A stretch of DNA of 64,000 nucleotides from Vicinamibacterales bacterium (lineage in GTDB: Bacteria > Acidobacteriota > Vicinamibacteria > Vicinamibacterales > SCN-69-37). Below, piece by piece: positions 17,585 to 27,788 of this stretch (its first letter is position 1; each line of letters opens with the position of its first letter). The notes beneath the pieces are model-generated. The model ran no database searches, was not told where the DNA came from, and was given only the letters and a program-made list of their open reading frames with translations. The stretch covers positions 201,997 to 265,996 of the forward strand of contig JBBQDM010000003.1 of NCBI GenBank assembly GCA_038319675.1. The letters are read 5' to 3'. Both the position numbers and the translations under genes were made by a program.

Positions 17585-18200
17585 ACGATTCGATGATGGG
17601 CTGGATGACGTGACGACGTCGCGCCAACCTGGCGCGCTCGGCCATCACGATTCCGGCCAATTCCCCTACACAACGCTCGAGCACATCGTTGACCACCACG
17701 TAGTCGTAGGCCTCGACGGCTGAGACTTCCTGACGAGCCGTGGCGAGTCGGCGTGTCATCGCCTCCTCGGGGTCCGCGCTGCGTTTGCGCAGCCGTTCCT
17801 CAAGCACCTCGTAGGACGGGGGCAACATGAAGATGGTGATCGTCTCCGGCAACAATGCCCGCACCTGCCGCGCACCCTGCACGTCGATCACCAACATCAG
17901 GTCTTCGCCCTGCGCCAGGCGTCGTTCCGTTTCGAGGCGGCTTGTCCCGTAGAAGTTGCCGAAGACGTCGGCCCACTCCAGGAATCCCCCGTCGGCAATC
18001 TGGGCCTCGAACGCGTCCCGACTAATGAAATTATAGTCGACCCCGTTGGATTCCCCCTCACGCCGGTCGCGCGAGGTGTAGGAGCGGGACATGCGCAGGC
18101 CGGGCACCAGCTGGACGAGCTGTTCGATCACCGTGGTTTTGCCGGTCGCACTGGGCGCCGACACCACAAACAGCAGTCCCGCCGGGGCGTTATTCGGCAT
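17562..18200 (-). CDS. gmk: guanylate kinase
   Basis: SAPSATGKTT P-loop, SRSYTSRDRREGE.NGVDYNF, EWADVFGNFYGT. Confidence 0.94.
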   Translation of the reverse strand: MPNNAPAGLLFVVSAPSATGKTTVIEQLVQLVPGLRMSRSYTSRDRREGESNGVDYNFISRDAFEAQIADGGFLEWADVFGNFYGTSRLETERRLAQGEDLMLVIDVQGARQVRALLPETITIFMLPPSYEVLEERLRKRSADPEEAMTRRLATARQEVSAVEAYDYVVVNDVLERCVGELAGIVMAERARLARRRHVIQPIIESFERGSHD

Positions 18201-19074
18201 TCTGCACCTGTTCCTTGACCCGTTCGAGCTCCGCCTTGGCGGCGACCACCAGTTCAGTGACTGACAGCCCTTCGGCCTTGGAGCCGATGGTGTTGATCTC
18301 CCGATTCATCTCCTGCACGAGGAAATCCAGCTTCCGACCACACGGTTCCGGGCCGTTGGCCAGTGATCGCCAGTGTTCCACATGCCCGCGCATCCGTGCG
18401 ATTTCTTCGTGGATATCCGACCGGGCGACAAATCGCACCACCTCCTGGGAGACCGCCACCGGGTCCAACTGCAGGTCGGAGGGCATCGCCGCCAGCCGCT
18501 CCCGCAGTCGCACCTCAAGGGCCGCCTGGCCGGCTGCGGCCCCGGCTTCCACGGTATCCACAAACGTCAGGAGCGTCTGGATGCGTCGTTCGAGGTCCGT
18601 CGCAAGAAACCCGCCCTCGGTGTCGCGCATCACCACCAGCGCGTCAAGCGCCTCCCCCATCGTCGACTCCACCACGGTCGCCATCTGCGTCGGCGTCTCG
18701 GGCGCAGGGGCCAGCCGGATGTCGAGCGCGTGCGGAATGCGGAGCAAGTCGGACGCGGTCAGGCTGCCGGTGACCAGGCCCTTTTCGCGCGCCGCGTCGA
18801 TCACGGCATGCACCTGGCTGACCAGTGTTTCGTTCAGCGTGACCTCACGCACCGGCTCCGAGGTGTCGTCGCACGCGATCTGCACTTCGATCCGGCCTCT
18901 GGTGAGGCGCTGTTGAATCAGTGTCTTGATGCGGCTCTCAAGTCCGGCCAGCGATGACGGGGCTTTGATCTGAATGTCGAGAAACCGATGGTTCACCGAC
19001 TTGATGGTCACACTCACCGCGGCGCCTTCGTCCTCGCGGCTTACCGTGGCAAAGCCTGTCATCGATCGAATCAC
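18190..19074 (-). CDS. yicC: YicC-family stress-induced protein
   Basis: MIRSMTGFA start, KSVNHRFLD, and C-terminal EMNREINTIGSKA..ELERVKEQVQN. Confidence 0.9.
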   Translation of the reverse strand: MIRSMTGFATVSREDEGAAVSVTIKSVNHRFLDIQIKAPSSLAGLESRIKTLIQQRLTRGRIEVQIACDDTSEPVREVTLNETLVSQVHAVIDAAREKGLVTGSLTASDLLRIPHALDIRLAPAPETPTQMATVVESTMGEALDALVVMRDTEGGFLATDLERRIQTLLTFVDTVEAGAAAGQAALEVRLRERLAAMPSDLQLDPVAVSQEVVRFVARSDIHEEIARMRGHVEHWRSLANGPEPCGRKLDFLVQEMNREINTIGSKAEGLSVTELVVAAKAELERVKEQVQNAE

Positions 19075-20822
19075 GATTCTCCCTCACCATTCCGGTCATC
19101 AAGCACCTGCAACGCGTGCAGTCGCGCATACACGCCGCCCGGGCGATCAACCAACTCGTCGTGGCTGCCCACCTCGGCGACAAGGCCGTGTTCCAGCGCC
19201 ACGATCAGGTCGGCATTGCGCACCGTAGACAGCCGATGGGCGATCACAAACGTGGTGCGGTTGCGCATGAGATTCACCAGCGCGGCCTGTACGAGCTTTT
19301 CGGATTCGGAGTCGAGTGCTGATGTAGCTTCATCAAGCACCAGCAGCGGCGAGTTGGTCAGAATCGCACGTGCAATTGCCAGGCGCTGCCGTTGACCACC
19401 GGAGAGGCGTTGGCCGCGTTCTCCGATCCTGGCATCGTAGGCGCCGGTCAGCTGAGTGATGAACTCATGCGCGTGTGCCGCACGGGCGGCTGACTCGATC
19501 TCGGCTCTCGACGCCGTCGGCTTGCCATACGCAATATTGGCGGCGATCGTCTCGTCGAAGAGTACCGTCTCCTGGGTCACGAGCGCGATCTGGTCGCGCA
19601 GTGAGGCGAGCGTGACGTCGCGAATGTCCACTCCGTCGATCATCACCGCGCCTTCAGTGGCGTCGTAGAAACGAGGGATCAGATTCACGAGGGTGGTCTT
19701 ACCGGCGCCGCTCAGCCCAACGATGGCGACGACCTGGCCGATCTTCACGGAGAAAGACACGTGTCGCAGCACGAACTTCTCGGGGCGGTCGTCGTACGCA
19801 AAGGCCACATCGCGGAACTCGACGCCCTGCTGCGCGCGCGGCAACGCCGCGGCACCGGGTCGTTCAGTGACTTCGGTGTGCGTGTCGAGCATCTCGAAGA
19901 TACGCTGCGCGGCGGCGATGGCCTGCTGCAGACCGGCGTTCACTCGGCTGAGTTTTTTTATTGGCGCGTACATCGAGATGGCAGCGGCGAGGAACGCGGC
20001 AAACTGCGCGGTGGTCAAATCGCCCGACTCAATCTTGCGTGAGGCATAGTACAACGCCCCGGCCACACCAAGACCGCCAATAAACTCCATCAAAGGTGGC
20101 AACGCGGCCATCACACCGGTGACACGCATGTTGGTGCGATACAGGGACGCGCCCGCCGTCGCAAACCGTGTGGTCTCTCGTGCTTCTGCGCCAAAGGCTT
20201 TCACGATGCGATGGCCGGTGAGCCCTTCATTGGCCAGGTGGGTCAGGTGTTCCAGATGCTCCTGTCCCCGTCGCGTGATGCTGCGGACCCGTTGACCCAG
20301 ACGCACGAGCGGATACACCACGAGAGGAATGACGGCGACACAGATCACCGCAAGATTCGCATCGAGAGAAAACAGGAAGATCGCCAGGCCCACCACCGTG
20401 AGCGACTCACGCGTCAGGTCCGCGATGGTCTCGGATGCCGCCGTCTGGATCTGGCCCACATCATTGGTGATGCGTGAGATCAGCTGTCCTGATGTGCGCC
20501 TCGAGAAAAACGCCGCCGACTGATCGAGCATGTGGCCGTACAGTTCGTTGCGTAGCGTCATCACCACCCGCTGGCCGACATCCGTCATCAGGTACGACGA
20601 GGCATACGCCCCCAGTCCCTTGATGAGATACACGGCCAGGAGCGCGGAGATCACCAGCGCCACGTTGCCGGGATTTGGCACGAGGACCTCATCGAAGATC
20701 CGTTCGACGAGTTTGACGAATCCCAGAGCGCCGAGGGCGTATAACACCATCGCCACCACCGCGAGCGCCATCCGGCCGCGGTAGGGCCTCGCGTAGGTCA
20801 GTAGCCGACGGAATTCGATCAC
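19071..20822 (-). CDS. ABC transporter permease/ATPase (MsbA-like lipid/glycan exporter)
   Basis: TM domain followed by NBD (GLSGAGKTT, LSGGQRQRLAIARA, LVLDEATSALD). Start set to GTG 20822, overlapping the galE TGA as GTGA. The longer track ORF overlaps galE in another frame. Confidence 0.85.
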   Translation of the reverse strand: MIEFRRLLTYARPYRGRMALAVVAMVLYALGALGFVKLVERIFDEVLVPNPGNVALVISALLAVYLIKGLGAYASSYLMTDVGQRVVMTLRNELYGHMLDQSAAFFSRRTSGQLISRITNDVGQIQTAASETIADLTRESLTVVGLAIFLFSLDANLAVICVAVIPLVVYPLVRLGQRVRSITRRGQEHLEHLTHLANEGLTGHRIVKAFGAEARETTRFATAGASLYRTNMRVTGVMAALPPLMEFIGGLGVAGALYYASRKIESGDLTTAQFAAFLAAAISMYAPIKKLSRVNAGLQQAIAAAQRIFEMLDTHTEVTERPGAAALPRAQQGVEFRDVAFAYDDRPEKFVLRHVSFSVKIGQVVAIVGLSGAGKTTLVNLIPRFYDATEGAVMIDGVDIRDVTLASLRDQIALVTQETVLFDETIAANIAYGKPTASRAEIESAARAAHAHEFITQLTGAYDARIGERGQRLSGGQRQRLAIARAILTNSPLLVLDEATSALDSESEKLVQAALVNLMRNRTTFVIAHRLSTVRNADLIVALEHGLVAEVGSHDELVDRPGGVYARLHALQVLDDRNGEGES

Positions 20823-21844
20823 GCGCGGGTCCTGTACCCTTCGGGATGGCGGGTGTGCCACTGCCAGGCCGTGCGCACGATCGTCTCGAGATCCCCGTAC
20901 TGCGGCGTCCATCCAAGTTCGGTGCGCGCGCGGGCGCTTGACGCCACCAGACGTGACGGATCGCCGGCACGCCGGGGCGCCATCACATGCGGCACGGGAC
21001 GGCCAGCGACGCGTGCCACCGTGTCCACAACTTCCCGCACCGAGACGCCGTCGCCCATCCCGAGATTGTAGGCGCGGCTGCCGTCTCCCGCGAGCAGTCG
21101 ACCGAGGCCGGCCAGGTGCGCCGCCGCCAAATCGGTCACATGCACAAAGTCCCGCACGCAGGTGCCATCGGGCGTCGGGTAGTCGTCGCCAAAGACGTGC
21201 AACGGGTCGCCCCCCAGCACCGCGCCAATCGCGCGGGGGATGAGATGGTCTTCCGGCGTGTGGTCCTCGCCGATCAGTCCGCCCGGGTCGGCCCCGGCGG
21301 CGTTGAAGTAGCGAAAGATGACCGAGGTCAGTCCGGTCGCACGTTCCAGATGTGCGAGTGTGCGCTCGACCACGAGTTTGGTCTCGCCATACGGATTGAT
21401 GGGCTGCTGGGGATGCGTCTCGTCGATGGGCGTCTGCGTGGGCTCGCCGAACGTCGCCGCCGTGGAGGAAAACACGATGTGGCGCACGGCGCACTCGGCC
21501 ATCGCCTCGAGCAGCGTCAAGGTGCCAATCACGTTGGTGCGGTAATAGGCGGCGGGTTCCCGCATCGACTCGCCGACCGACAGACGGGCGGCGAAGTGCA
21601 TCACCGCCGCCGGTGCCGCCGTCCGCAACGCATCGGTGACGACGACGCGGTCCGTGATGTCGCCCTCGATCAGCGTGATCCGACGTGCGGGATGTGCCGC
21701 CTGAATCCGCGCCACCGCCTCGGCGTGACCGGCCGAGAGGTTGTCAAACACCCACACGTCGTGCCCCGCTGCCGCCAGACCCAGCACAGCGTGACTGCCG
21801 ATATATCCGGCCCCACCGGTGACAAAGACGCTAGGGGCGGCCAA
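20819..21844 (-). CDS. galE: UDP-glucose 4-epimerase
   Basis: VTGGAGYIGSH Rossmann motif, YGETK catalytic motif, about 340 aa. Confidence 0.9.
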   Translation of the reverse strand: MAAPSVFVTGGAGYIGSHAVLGLAAAGHDVWVFDNLSAGHAEAVARIQAAHPARRITLIEGDITDRVVVTDALRTAAPAAVMHFAARLSVGESMREPAAYYRTNVIGTLTLLEAMAECAVRHIVFSSTAATFGEPTQTPIDETHPQQPINPYGETKLVVERTLAHLERATGLTSVIFRYFNAAGADPGGLIGEDHTPEDHLIPRAIGAVLGGDPLHVFGDDYPTPDGTCVRDFVHVTDLAAAHLAGLGRLLAGDGSRAYNLGMGDGVSVREVVDTVARVAGRPVPHVMAPRRAGDPSRLVASSARARTELGWTPQYGDLETIVRTAWQWHTRHPEGYRTRA

Positions 21845-23165
21845 TCGAGTGGTAGGTGAATCCTGCCCCGCGCACCTGCGCGGGATGGTAAAGATTGCGG
21901 CCGTCCAGAATGAGCGGCTGCGTCATCGCCTTCTTCATCTTCACGAAGTCCGGCTCACGGAACTCGTTCCACTCCGTCACGATCAACAACGCGTCAGCGC
22001 CGGCCAGCGCGCGATACGCGTTCTTCGCATACGTGATCTTCGTGCCGAAAATCCGTCGAGCGGACGTCGTCGCTTCGGGGTCGTACGCCTGCACCTTGGC
22101 ACCACGTGCCAACAGCCCCTCGATGATCGGAATCGCGGGCGCCTCGCGCATGTCGTCGGTGCGCGGCTTGAACGCCAATCCCCACACGGCAATCGTCTTG
22201 CCGGCGAGTGACTTCGCCCCCTTGCCCGACTTGGCGGGTTTGCCGAACACGCGATCCAGCTTCACCAGCAGCCGCTGCTTCTGGATCTTGTTGACCTGCT
22301 CAACGGCCTCCAGCACGCGGAACTTGTACTTCTTGTCGGCCGAGAACTTGACGATCGCCTGGACGTCCTTCGGGAAACAGCTGCCACCGTACCCGACGCC
22401 GGAAAACAGGAACGCGGATCCGATGCGCGAGTCGGTCGCCACCGCCTGCCGCACCATGTCGACATCTGCGCCGAACAGTTCACACACATTCGCAATTTCG
22501 TTCATGAACGAAATACGCGTGGCCAGCATGGCGTTCGCGGCGTACTTGCACAATTCCGCGCTCGCACAATCCATCACCATGATGGGCGCACCGGTCCGGG
22601 TGAACGGACGATACAGCTCCACCATGATTTCGGCCGCGCGGGGATCGGTCGCACCGATGACGACACGATCGGGCTTGAGGAAATCTTCGACCGCTGCGCC
22701 CTGCTTGAGAAACTCCGGGTTCGACACCACCGAAAACGGATGCGTCGTCTCGCGGCGAATCGCCTCGCGCACCAGCTCCGACGTGCCAACGGGCACCGTG
22801 CTCTTGTCGACGACCACCTTGTAGCCGTTCATCGCACGGGCAATTTCCTTCGCCGCGCCGATCACATGCCGCAGGTCGGCAGAACCGTCTTCACCCATCG
22901 GCGTGCCGACAGCAATAAAAATCACATCGGCTTTTTTCACCGCGTCGGCGAGGTCCTTGGTGAACGTCAGTCGCTTCTCCGCAGCGTTGCGTTTGACCAA
23001 CTCCTCAAGCCCGGGTTCAAAAATTGGAATTTTACCGCGACGTAGTCCGCGGATTTTTGCGTCATCGCGATCCACGCAGGCCACCTGGTTGCCCGTCTCC
23101 GCAAAACAGGCCCCGACCACCAACCCGACGTACCCCGTACCGACCACCGCTATGCGCATACTCAC
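21831..23165 (-). CDS. ugd: UDP-glucose 6-dehydrogenase
   Basis: VVGTGYVGLV, GGSCFPKD catalytic Cys motif, GLAFKP.TDD.RE. Confidence 0.93.
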   Translation of the reverse strand: MSMRIAVVGTGYVGLVVGACFAETGNQVACVDRDDAKIRGLRRGKIPIFEPGLEELVKRNAAEKRLTFTKDLADAVKKADVIFIAVGTPMGEDGSADLRHVIGAAKEIARAMNGYKVVVDKSTVPVGTSELVREAIRRETTHPFSVVSNPEFLKQGAAVEDFLKPDRVVIGATDPRAAEIMVELYRPFTRTGAPIMVMDCASAELCKYAANAMLATRISFMNEIANVCELFGADVDMVRQAVATDSRIGSAFLFSGVGYGGSCFPKDVQAIVKFSADKKYKFRVLEAVEQVNKIQKQRLLVKLDRVFGKPAKSGKGAKSLAGKTIAVWGLAFKPRTDDMREAPAIPIIEGLLARGAKVQAYDPEATTSARRIFGTKITYAKNAYRALAGADALLIVTEWNEFREPDFVKMKKAMTQPLILDGRNLYHPAQVRGAGFTYHSIGRP

Positions 23166-23242
23166 CCCACAACAGCCTCAGGAAACTCCACACGGTACCA
23201 CGCACCTGAGAATACAGTCAATCAATTGACACACAAGGAGTT

Positions 23243-24403
23243 ATGGCTGATCATGCGCGACACTATCCTGTGCGGATCCTGCTCGATTACCGACCGGCGC
23301 TGCGCCAGCGAACCGGCGTCGGCGAATATGTGCACGAACTGGCCACTGCCCTGCTGGCCGGCTCGGGCACCCCTCCGGACGTCCTGACGCTGTTTTCCTC
23401 GTCATGGCGCGATCGGATTGATCGCGCGGCCGTGCCTGGTGCGGTGCTCGCCGACCGACGCGTGCCCGTGCGCCTGCTCAATTACGCCTGGCATCACTGG
23501 CAATGGCCTTCGATCGAACTGGTGACCGGACTCTCGTTTGATGTCGTGCATGCTGCGCACCCGATTCGCTTGCCGACCCGCCGTGCCGCGCAGGTGGTCA
23601 CGGTGCATGACCTCGACTTCCTGCGCCATCCGGAACGAACACGCGCCGAGATTCGGCGGGATTACCCGCGCCTTGCGCCGCAGCACATCCGTGACGCCGA
23701 TGCCGTGATCGCCGTCTCAGCCGCCACCGCTGCCGACATCGAGATACTCACCGGTCGGCCCGCGTCGCGCGTGGTGGTGGTGCCGCACGGACGACCAGCG
23801 TGGCCGAAACGCATGGACGAACCCGCCGACGGCGTGTTGTTGTTTTTCGGCACGCTTGAGCCTCGCAAAAACGTGGCCGGGCTACTCGACGCCTACGCCC
23901 GGCTGCTCGCACGTCGCGACTCGGCGGGACTCGCCACGCCGCGACTGGTGCTGGCGGGCGGCCCCGGCCCGGGTGCCGACGTGTTGCTGGCGCGCGCCAA
24001 AGACGCGGACCTGCAGGGGCGCGTCGATGTACTCGGGTACGTCGATCCCGATGTGCGACTCGATACCTATCGCTCCGCTCTCGCTCTGGTGATGCCCTCA
24101 CACACCGAAGGCTTCGGGTTACCCGCGCTTGAGGCGATGACCGTCGGTGTGCCTGTCGTGGCGGCGAATGCCGGCGCGCTCCCAGAGGTGCTGGGTGGTG
24201 CCGGCCTGCTGTGCGACGCCACCGACCCGGACGCGCTGTGCGCAGCACTCGAAACAGTCGTCACGGGTCGCGCGGTGCGCAATCAGCTGCGCGAGGCCGG
24301 CTGGCGTCGCGCGCAGGACTTCTCGTGGACACACACCGCCGCCCGCACCCGTGAGGCGTGGATGCTGGCACACGATGCGTTCACAAGGCGGCAACGTGGA
24401 TAA
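23243..24403 (+). CDS. glycosyltransferase family 4
   Basis: GT-B C-terminal motif: PSHTEGFGLPALEAMTVGVPVVAANAGALPEV. Confidence 0.85.
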   Translation: MADHARHYPVRILLDYRPALRQRTGVGEYVHELATALLAGSGTPPDVLTLFSSSWRDRIDRAAVPGAVLADRRVPVRLLNYAWHHWQWPSIELVTGLSFDVVHAAHPIRLPTRRAAQVVTVHDLDFLRHPERTRAEIRRDYPRLAPQHIRDADAVIAVSAATAADIEILTGRPASRVVVVPHGRPAWPKRMDEPADGVLLFFGTLEPRKNVAGLLDAYARLLARRDSAGLATPRLVLAGGPGPGADVLLARAKDADLQGRVDVLGYVDPDVRLDTYRSALALVMPSHTEGFGLPALEAMTVGVPVVAANAGALPEVLGGAGLLCDATDPDALCAALETVVTGRAVRNQLREAGWRRAQDFSWTHTAARTREAWMLAHDAFTRRQRG

Positions 24404-25493
24404 GCCGCTGCACATCGGTATCGACGCGCGCGAGCTGGCCGGGCAACCCACGGGCGTGGGACGGTATGTGGCCGGGGTGTTGCAGACGTGGGCCGCCGAA
24501 GGATTCCCCCATCGACTGCGCCTCTTCATGCACGCGCCTCCCCCGCCGTGGGTCACGGCGCTGCCACTCGACCTCACCGTGGACATCACACCTGCAGAGG
24601 TCGCCGGCACGTGGTGGGAACAAACAGTGTTGCCCGCCGCACTCCGACGCACGCACGTGGACGTGTTGCTCGCACCGGCGTACACCGCGCCGCTGCGGTC
24701 GCCCTGTCCCACGGTTTTGATCGTGCACGACGTGTCGTTTTGTGCGCAGCCGGATGGGTTCCACTGGCGCGAAGGGTTGCGACGCCGACTGCTCACTCGT
24801 GCCAGTGCACGCCGCGCCGCACAACTGCTCACCGTCTCGGCATTTTCTGCCGACGAAATAACACGCTGGTTGGGCGTGCCACGCGCGCAGATCGTGCTCG
24901 CCCCGCAAGGCGCCCCACCGTGTCAGGCTGGCCCTCCGGTCGCCGCGCGCGAACGGCTGGTGCTCTCGGTCGGCACGCTCTTCACACGCCGACATGTGCC
25001 GGAGCTGATCGCCGCCTTTGCCCAGGTCGCGACACGTGTCCCCGATGCCCGCCTGGTACTTGTTGGCGGCAACAAGACACGACCACACGTCGATCCACAG
25101 CAGCTGGCTCAGGCAGCGGGTGTCGGCGACCGTGTCACCTGGCATCCGTATGTCTCTGACGCCGAGCTCGACGCCCTGTACGACTCCGCGCGGGCCTTCG
25201 CGTTTCTCTCGGACTACGAGGGATTCGCCATGACGCCGATGGAGGCCGCTGCCCACGGTGTGCCGTCGGTGCTGCTCGACACGCCGGTCGCACGCGAGGT
25301 CTACGGAGACGCGGTCACACGAGTCCCGCTCGACGTCCCCACCATCGCTGCGGCTCTGACGACGCTGCTGAGTGACGACGCCGCGCACGCGCGGAGTGTG
25401 GAGGCGGCCCGCGAGCGATTGTCGGCCTTCACGTGGGCACACACGGCACACGTCGTGCGCACGGCTCTCGAAACGGCCGGAGCGCGCACATGA
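24375..25493 (+). CDS. glycosyltransferase family 4
   Basis: LSDYEGFAMTPMEAAAHGVPSVL. N-terminus ..PLHIGIDARELAGQPTGVGRYV. Start is ATG 24375 or GTG 24396, and both overlap the upstream gene end. Confidence 0.8.
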   Translation: MRSQGGNVDKPLHIGIDARELAGQPTGVGRYVAGVLQTWAAEGFPHRLRLFMHAPPPPWVTALPLDLTVDITPAEVAGTWWEQTVLPAALRRTHVDVLLAPAYTAPLRSPCPTVLIVHDVSFCAQPDGFHWREGLRRRLLTRASARRAAQLLTVSAFSADEITRWLGVPRAQIVLAPQGAPPCQAGPPVAARERLVLSVGTLFTRRHVPELIAAFAQVATRVPDARLVLVGGNKTRPHVDPQQLAQAAGVGDRVTWHPYVSDAELDALYDSARAFAFLSDYEGFAMTPMEAAAHGVPSVLLDTPVAREVYGDAVTRVPLDVPTIAAALTTLLSDDAAHARSVEAARERLSAFTWAHTAHVVRTALETAGART

Positions 25494-26305
25494 CCGCTCT
25501 CGACATCCTCATCGTCAACTTCAATACACGCGACGACCTGTTGGCGTGCCTTGCCTCGTTGCACGCCACGCCTCCGGCGCGGCCGCATCACATCTGTGTC
25601 GTTGACAACGCCTCGAGTGACGACAGCGTCGCCATGGTGCGTGCACAGTTTCCGGCAGTGGACGTGGTGGCGCTGGACACCAACGTCGGGTTTGCGGCCG
25701 CCAACAACGTCGGGATTCGGCGCACGAACGCGCCGCTGGTGCTGCTGCTCAATTCGGACACGGTCGTGCCGGCGGGTGCGCTGGACCGCCTTGTCGAGCG
25801 ACTCGAGACGACCGGAGCCGCCGTGGCCGGGCCCCGACTCGTGGATGCTGACGGTCAGCCGGAGATCTCGTGGGGCCCGATGCTCTCGCCGGTCGCCGAA
25901 GCCCGACAGGCCGTGCGGATGCGCCTCGCGGCTAGGCGGAGTCCCTCGACGCAGCGCATGGTGCAGCGGTGGACGAGCCAGGAGCGATGGGTGGACTGGG
26001 TGACCGGCGCGTGCCTGCTCGTCCGTCGCGACGCAGCCGTCGCCGCAGGCCTGCTCGACGAGCGGTACTTCATGTACGAGGAGGATGTGGACTTCTGCGC
26101 CACTGTGCGCGCCGGTGGAGGACGGTGCCTGTTCACCCCGGCCTCAGAGGTCATCCATCGCCGTGGCCGCTCCTTCGCCGCCACAGGCGCCCGGCCCTCC
26201 CCGCTCTACGACCGCAGCCACGTCGCCTTCTACGACAAACACCTCCCCCACTGGGCACCCGTCCTCCGTGCGTGGCTCAGACTCCGAGGGCGAGCGCCAG
26301 AGTGA
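25490..26305 (+). CDS. glycosyltransferase family 2
   Basis: MTALDILIVNFNTRDDL..VVDNASSDDS..NVGFAAANN. ATGA overlap with the upstream stop. Confidence 0.85.
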   Translation: MTALDILIVNFNTRDDLLACLASLHATPPARPHHICVVDNASSDDSVAMVRAQFPAVDVVALDTNVGFAAANNVGIRRTNAPLVLLLNSDTVVPAGALDRLVERLETTGAAVAGPRLVDADGQPEISWGPMLSPVAEARQAVRMRLAARRSPSTQRMVQRWTSQERWVDWVTGACLLVRRDAAVAAGLLDERYFMYEEDVDFCATVRAGGGRCLFTPASEVIHRRGRSFAATGARPSPLYDRSHVAFYDKHLPHWAPVLRAWLRLRGRAPE

Positions 26306-26320
26306 TCAATCGTGCGATCC

Positions 26321-26607
26321 ACCATGAGGTTCCATGAGGATCCATGAGGAATGCACGACTCGACACACAGGGAGACAAGAGTCATCGAGAGCAAAGACAC
26401 GGACACTTGGGGAGCGGGTTGGGGTGCCGCCATAGGCGGCAGATGCGGGAGGAGGGTGGCCGGGAACGAAAGAGACGTCGGGTGTCTTGTTCACGTCTCT
26501 TTCGTTCCCGGCCACCCTCCTCCCGCACGGCCAGGCTTCGCCTGGCCCCCCAACCCTCACAGTCACTGACAGGCATTCCCTCATGGAACCTCATGGAGCC
26601 TCATGGT
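26321..26607 (-). repeat. family-A structured intergenic element, copy 2 (inverted orientation)
   Basis: Reverse complement aligns with copy 1 along its whole length. Near-perfect repeat arms ACCATGAGGTTCCATGAGGATCCATGAGG / CCTCATGGAACCTCATGGAGCCTCATGGT. GATCC lies on both flanks (26316-26320, 26608-26612). Confidence 0.9.
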
Positions 26608-26669
26608 GATCCTTCCGGGGGCTACTGTTCGCGAAGCTCCACTCCTACGAGGCAGGATAAGATCCCCAA

Positions 26670-27788
26670 GTGCCGGCCCGAATCGCCATCGACGCCAGAA
26701 AACTGCATGACTACGGCATTGGCACGTACGTCAGAAATCTGGTCAGCGAGTTCGCCCGGCAGCCCACCAGCGACACCTACGTGCTCATCTGCCACCCGGA
26801 CGATGCTGAGTTTGTGCGGGCATTGGGTCCGTCGTTTGAGGCGTGGCCCGACACCTCGGCGAACTATTCCATTCGCGAACAGCTGACCGTGCCCATGGAC
26901 CTGCGTCGGGCGAAGGTGGACCTGTTTCACGCGCCCCACTACGTCGTGTCCCCCCTGGTCGGGTGCCCGGTGGTGGTGACCATTCACGACTGCATCCACC
27001 TGCGGTTTCCGCAGTATCTGCCCAACCGAATGGCGCATCTCTACGCAAAGACGTTCATGGCCATCGGGGCCAACCGCGCCAAACGTATCATCACAGTCTC
27101 GCAGGCCTCGAAAGACGACATCCAGCACTACCTGCATACGTCGGCGTCGAAGATCGAGGTGATTCACAACGGTCTGGACGCGCGCTACCACTCCGCCCCT
27201 GACGAACACGCGGTGTCGCAGGTGCGCGAGCGCTTTCTGCTCAACGCGCCGTTCATCCTGTATGCCGGTAACATCAAGCCGCACAAAAACGTCGAGCGCC
27301 TCATCGACGCCTTCGCGCTGCTGCGGCAGGACGGCCATCAGGACCTGAAACTGCTCATTATCGGTGACGAACTCTCGAAGTATCCGGGCCTGCGTCGACT
27401 CGTGCATCGCCACCACCTGCACGCCCACGTCCGTTTCTTCGGCTTTGTGCCCGACGCCACCCTGGCCGCGTTGTACAAACTCGCGTCCATCTTTGTGTTC
27501 CCGTCCCTCTTTGAAGGGTTTGGTTTTCCACCGCTTGAGGCGATGGCCAGCGGCACACCGGTGATCACGTCCAACGTGTCGTCGCTGCCTGAAGTCGTCG
27601 GCGACGCCGCGCTGCTTGTGGATCCGCACGACCCGAAGGCGATCGCGGCGGCGATGGCCCGCGTCCTCAACGAGCCGACGCTGCGCCGGGAGTTGATCGC
27701 CCGTGGGTATACCCGGGCGCGCGCCTTCTCCTGGACCGACGCCGCCGCCCGCACGCGTGAGGTGTATCACTCGGTGCTCAATGCGTGA
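26670..27788 (+). CDS. glycosyltransferase family 4
   Basis: [35 protein letters not shown] start gives [12 protein letters not shown]. Confidence 0.85.
   Translation: MPARIAIDARKLHDYGIGTYVRNLVSEFARQPTSDTYVLICHPDDAEFVRALGPSFEAWPDTSANYSIREQLTVPMDLRRAKVDLFHAPHYVVSPLVGCPVVVTIHDCIHLRFPQYLPNRMAHLYAKTFMAIGANRAKRIITVSQASKDDIQHYLHTSASKIEVIHNGLDARYHSAPDEHAVSQVRERFLLNAPFILYAGNIKPHKNVERLIDAFALLRQDGHQDLKLLIIGDELSKYPGLRRLVHRHHLHAHVRFFGFVPDATLAALYKLASIFVFPSLFEGFGFPPLEAMASGTPVITSNVSSLPEVVGDAALLVDPHDPKAIAAAMARVLNEPTLRRELIARGYTRARAFSWTDAAARTREVYHSVLNA

Noticed and set aside
20823-21494. N-terminal 224 codons of track ORF 19071-21494, which would give an 807-aa ABC transporter.
   Set aside because: This part overlaps galE in another frame and translates to Arg/His/Gly-rich nonsense. 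The ABC transporter TM domain begins right after GTG 20822, which overlaps the galE stop.
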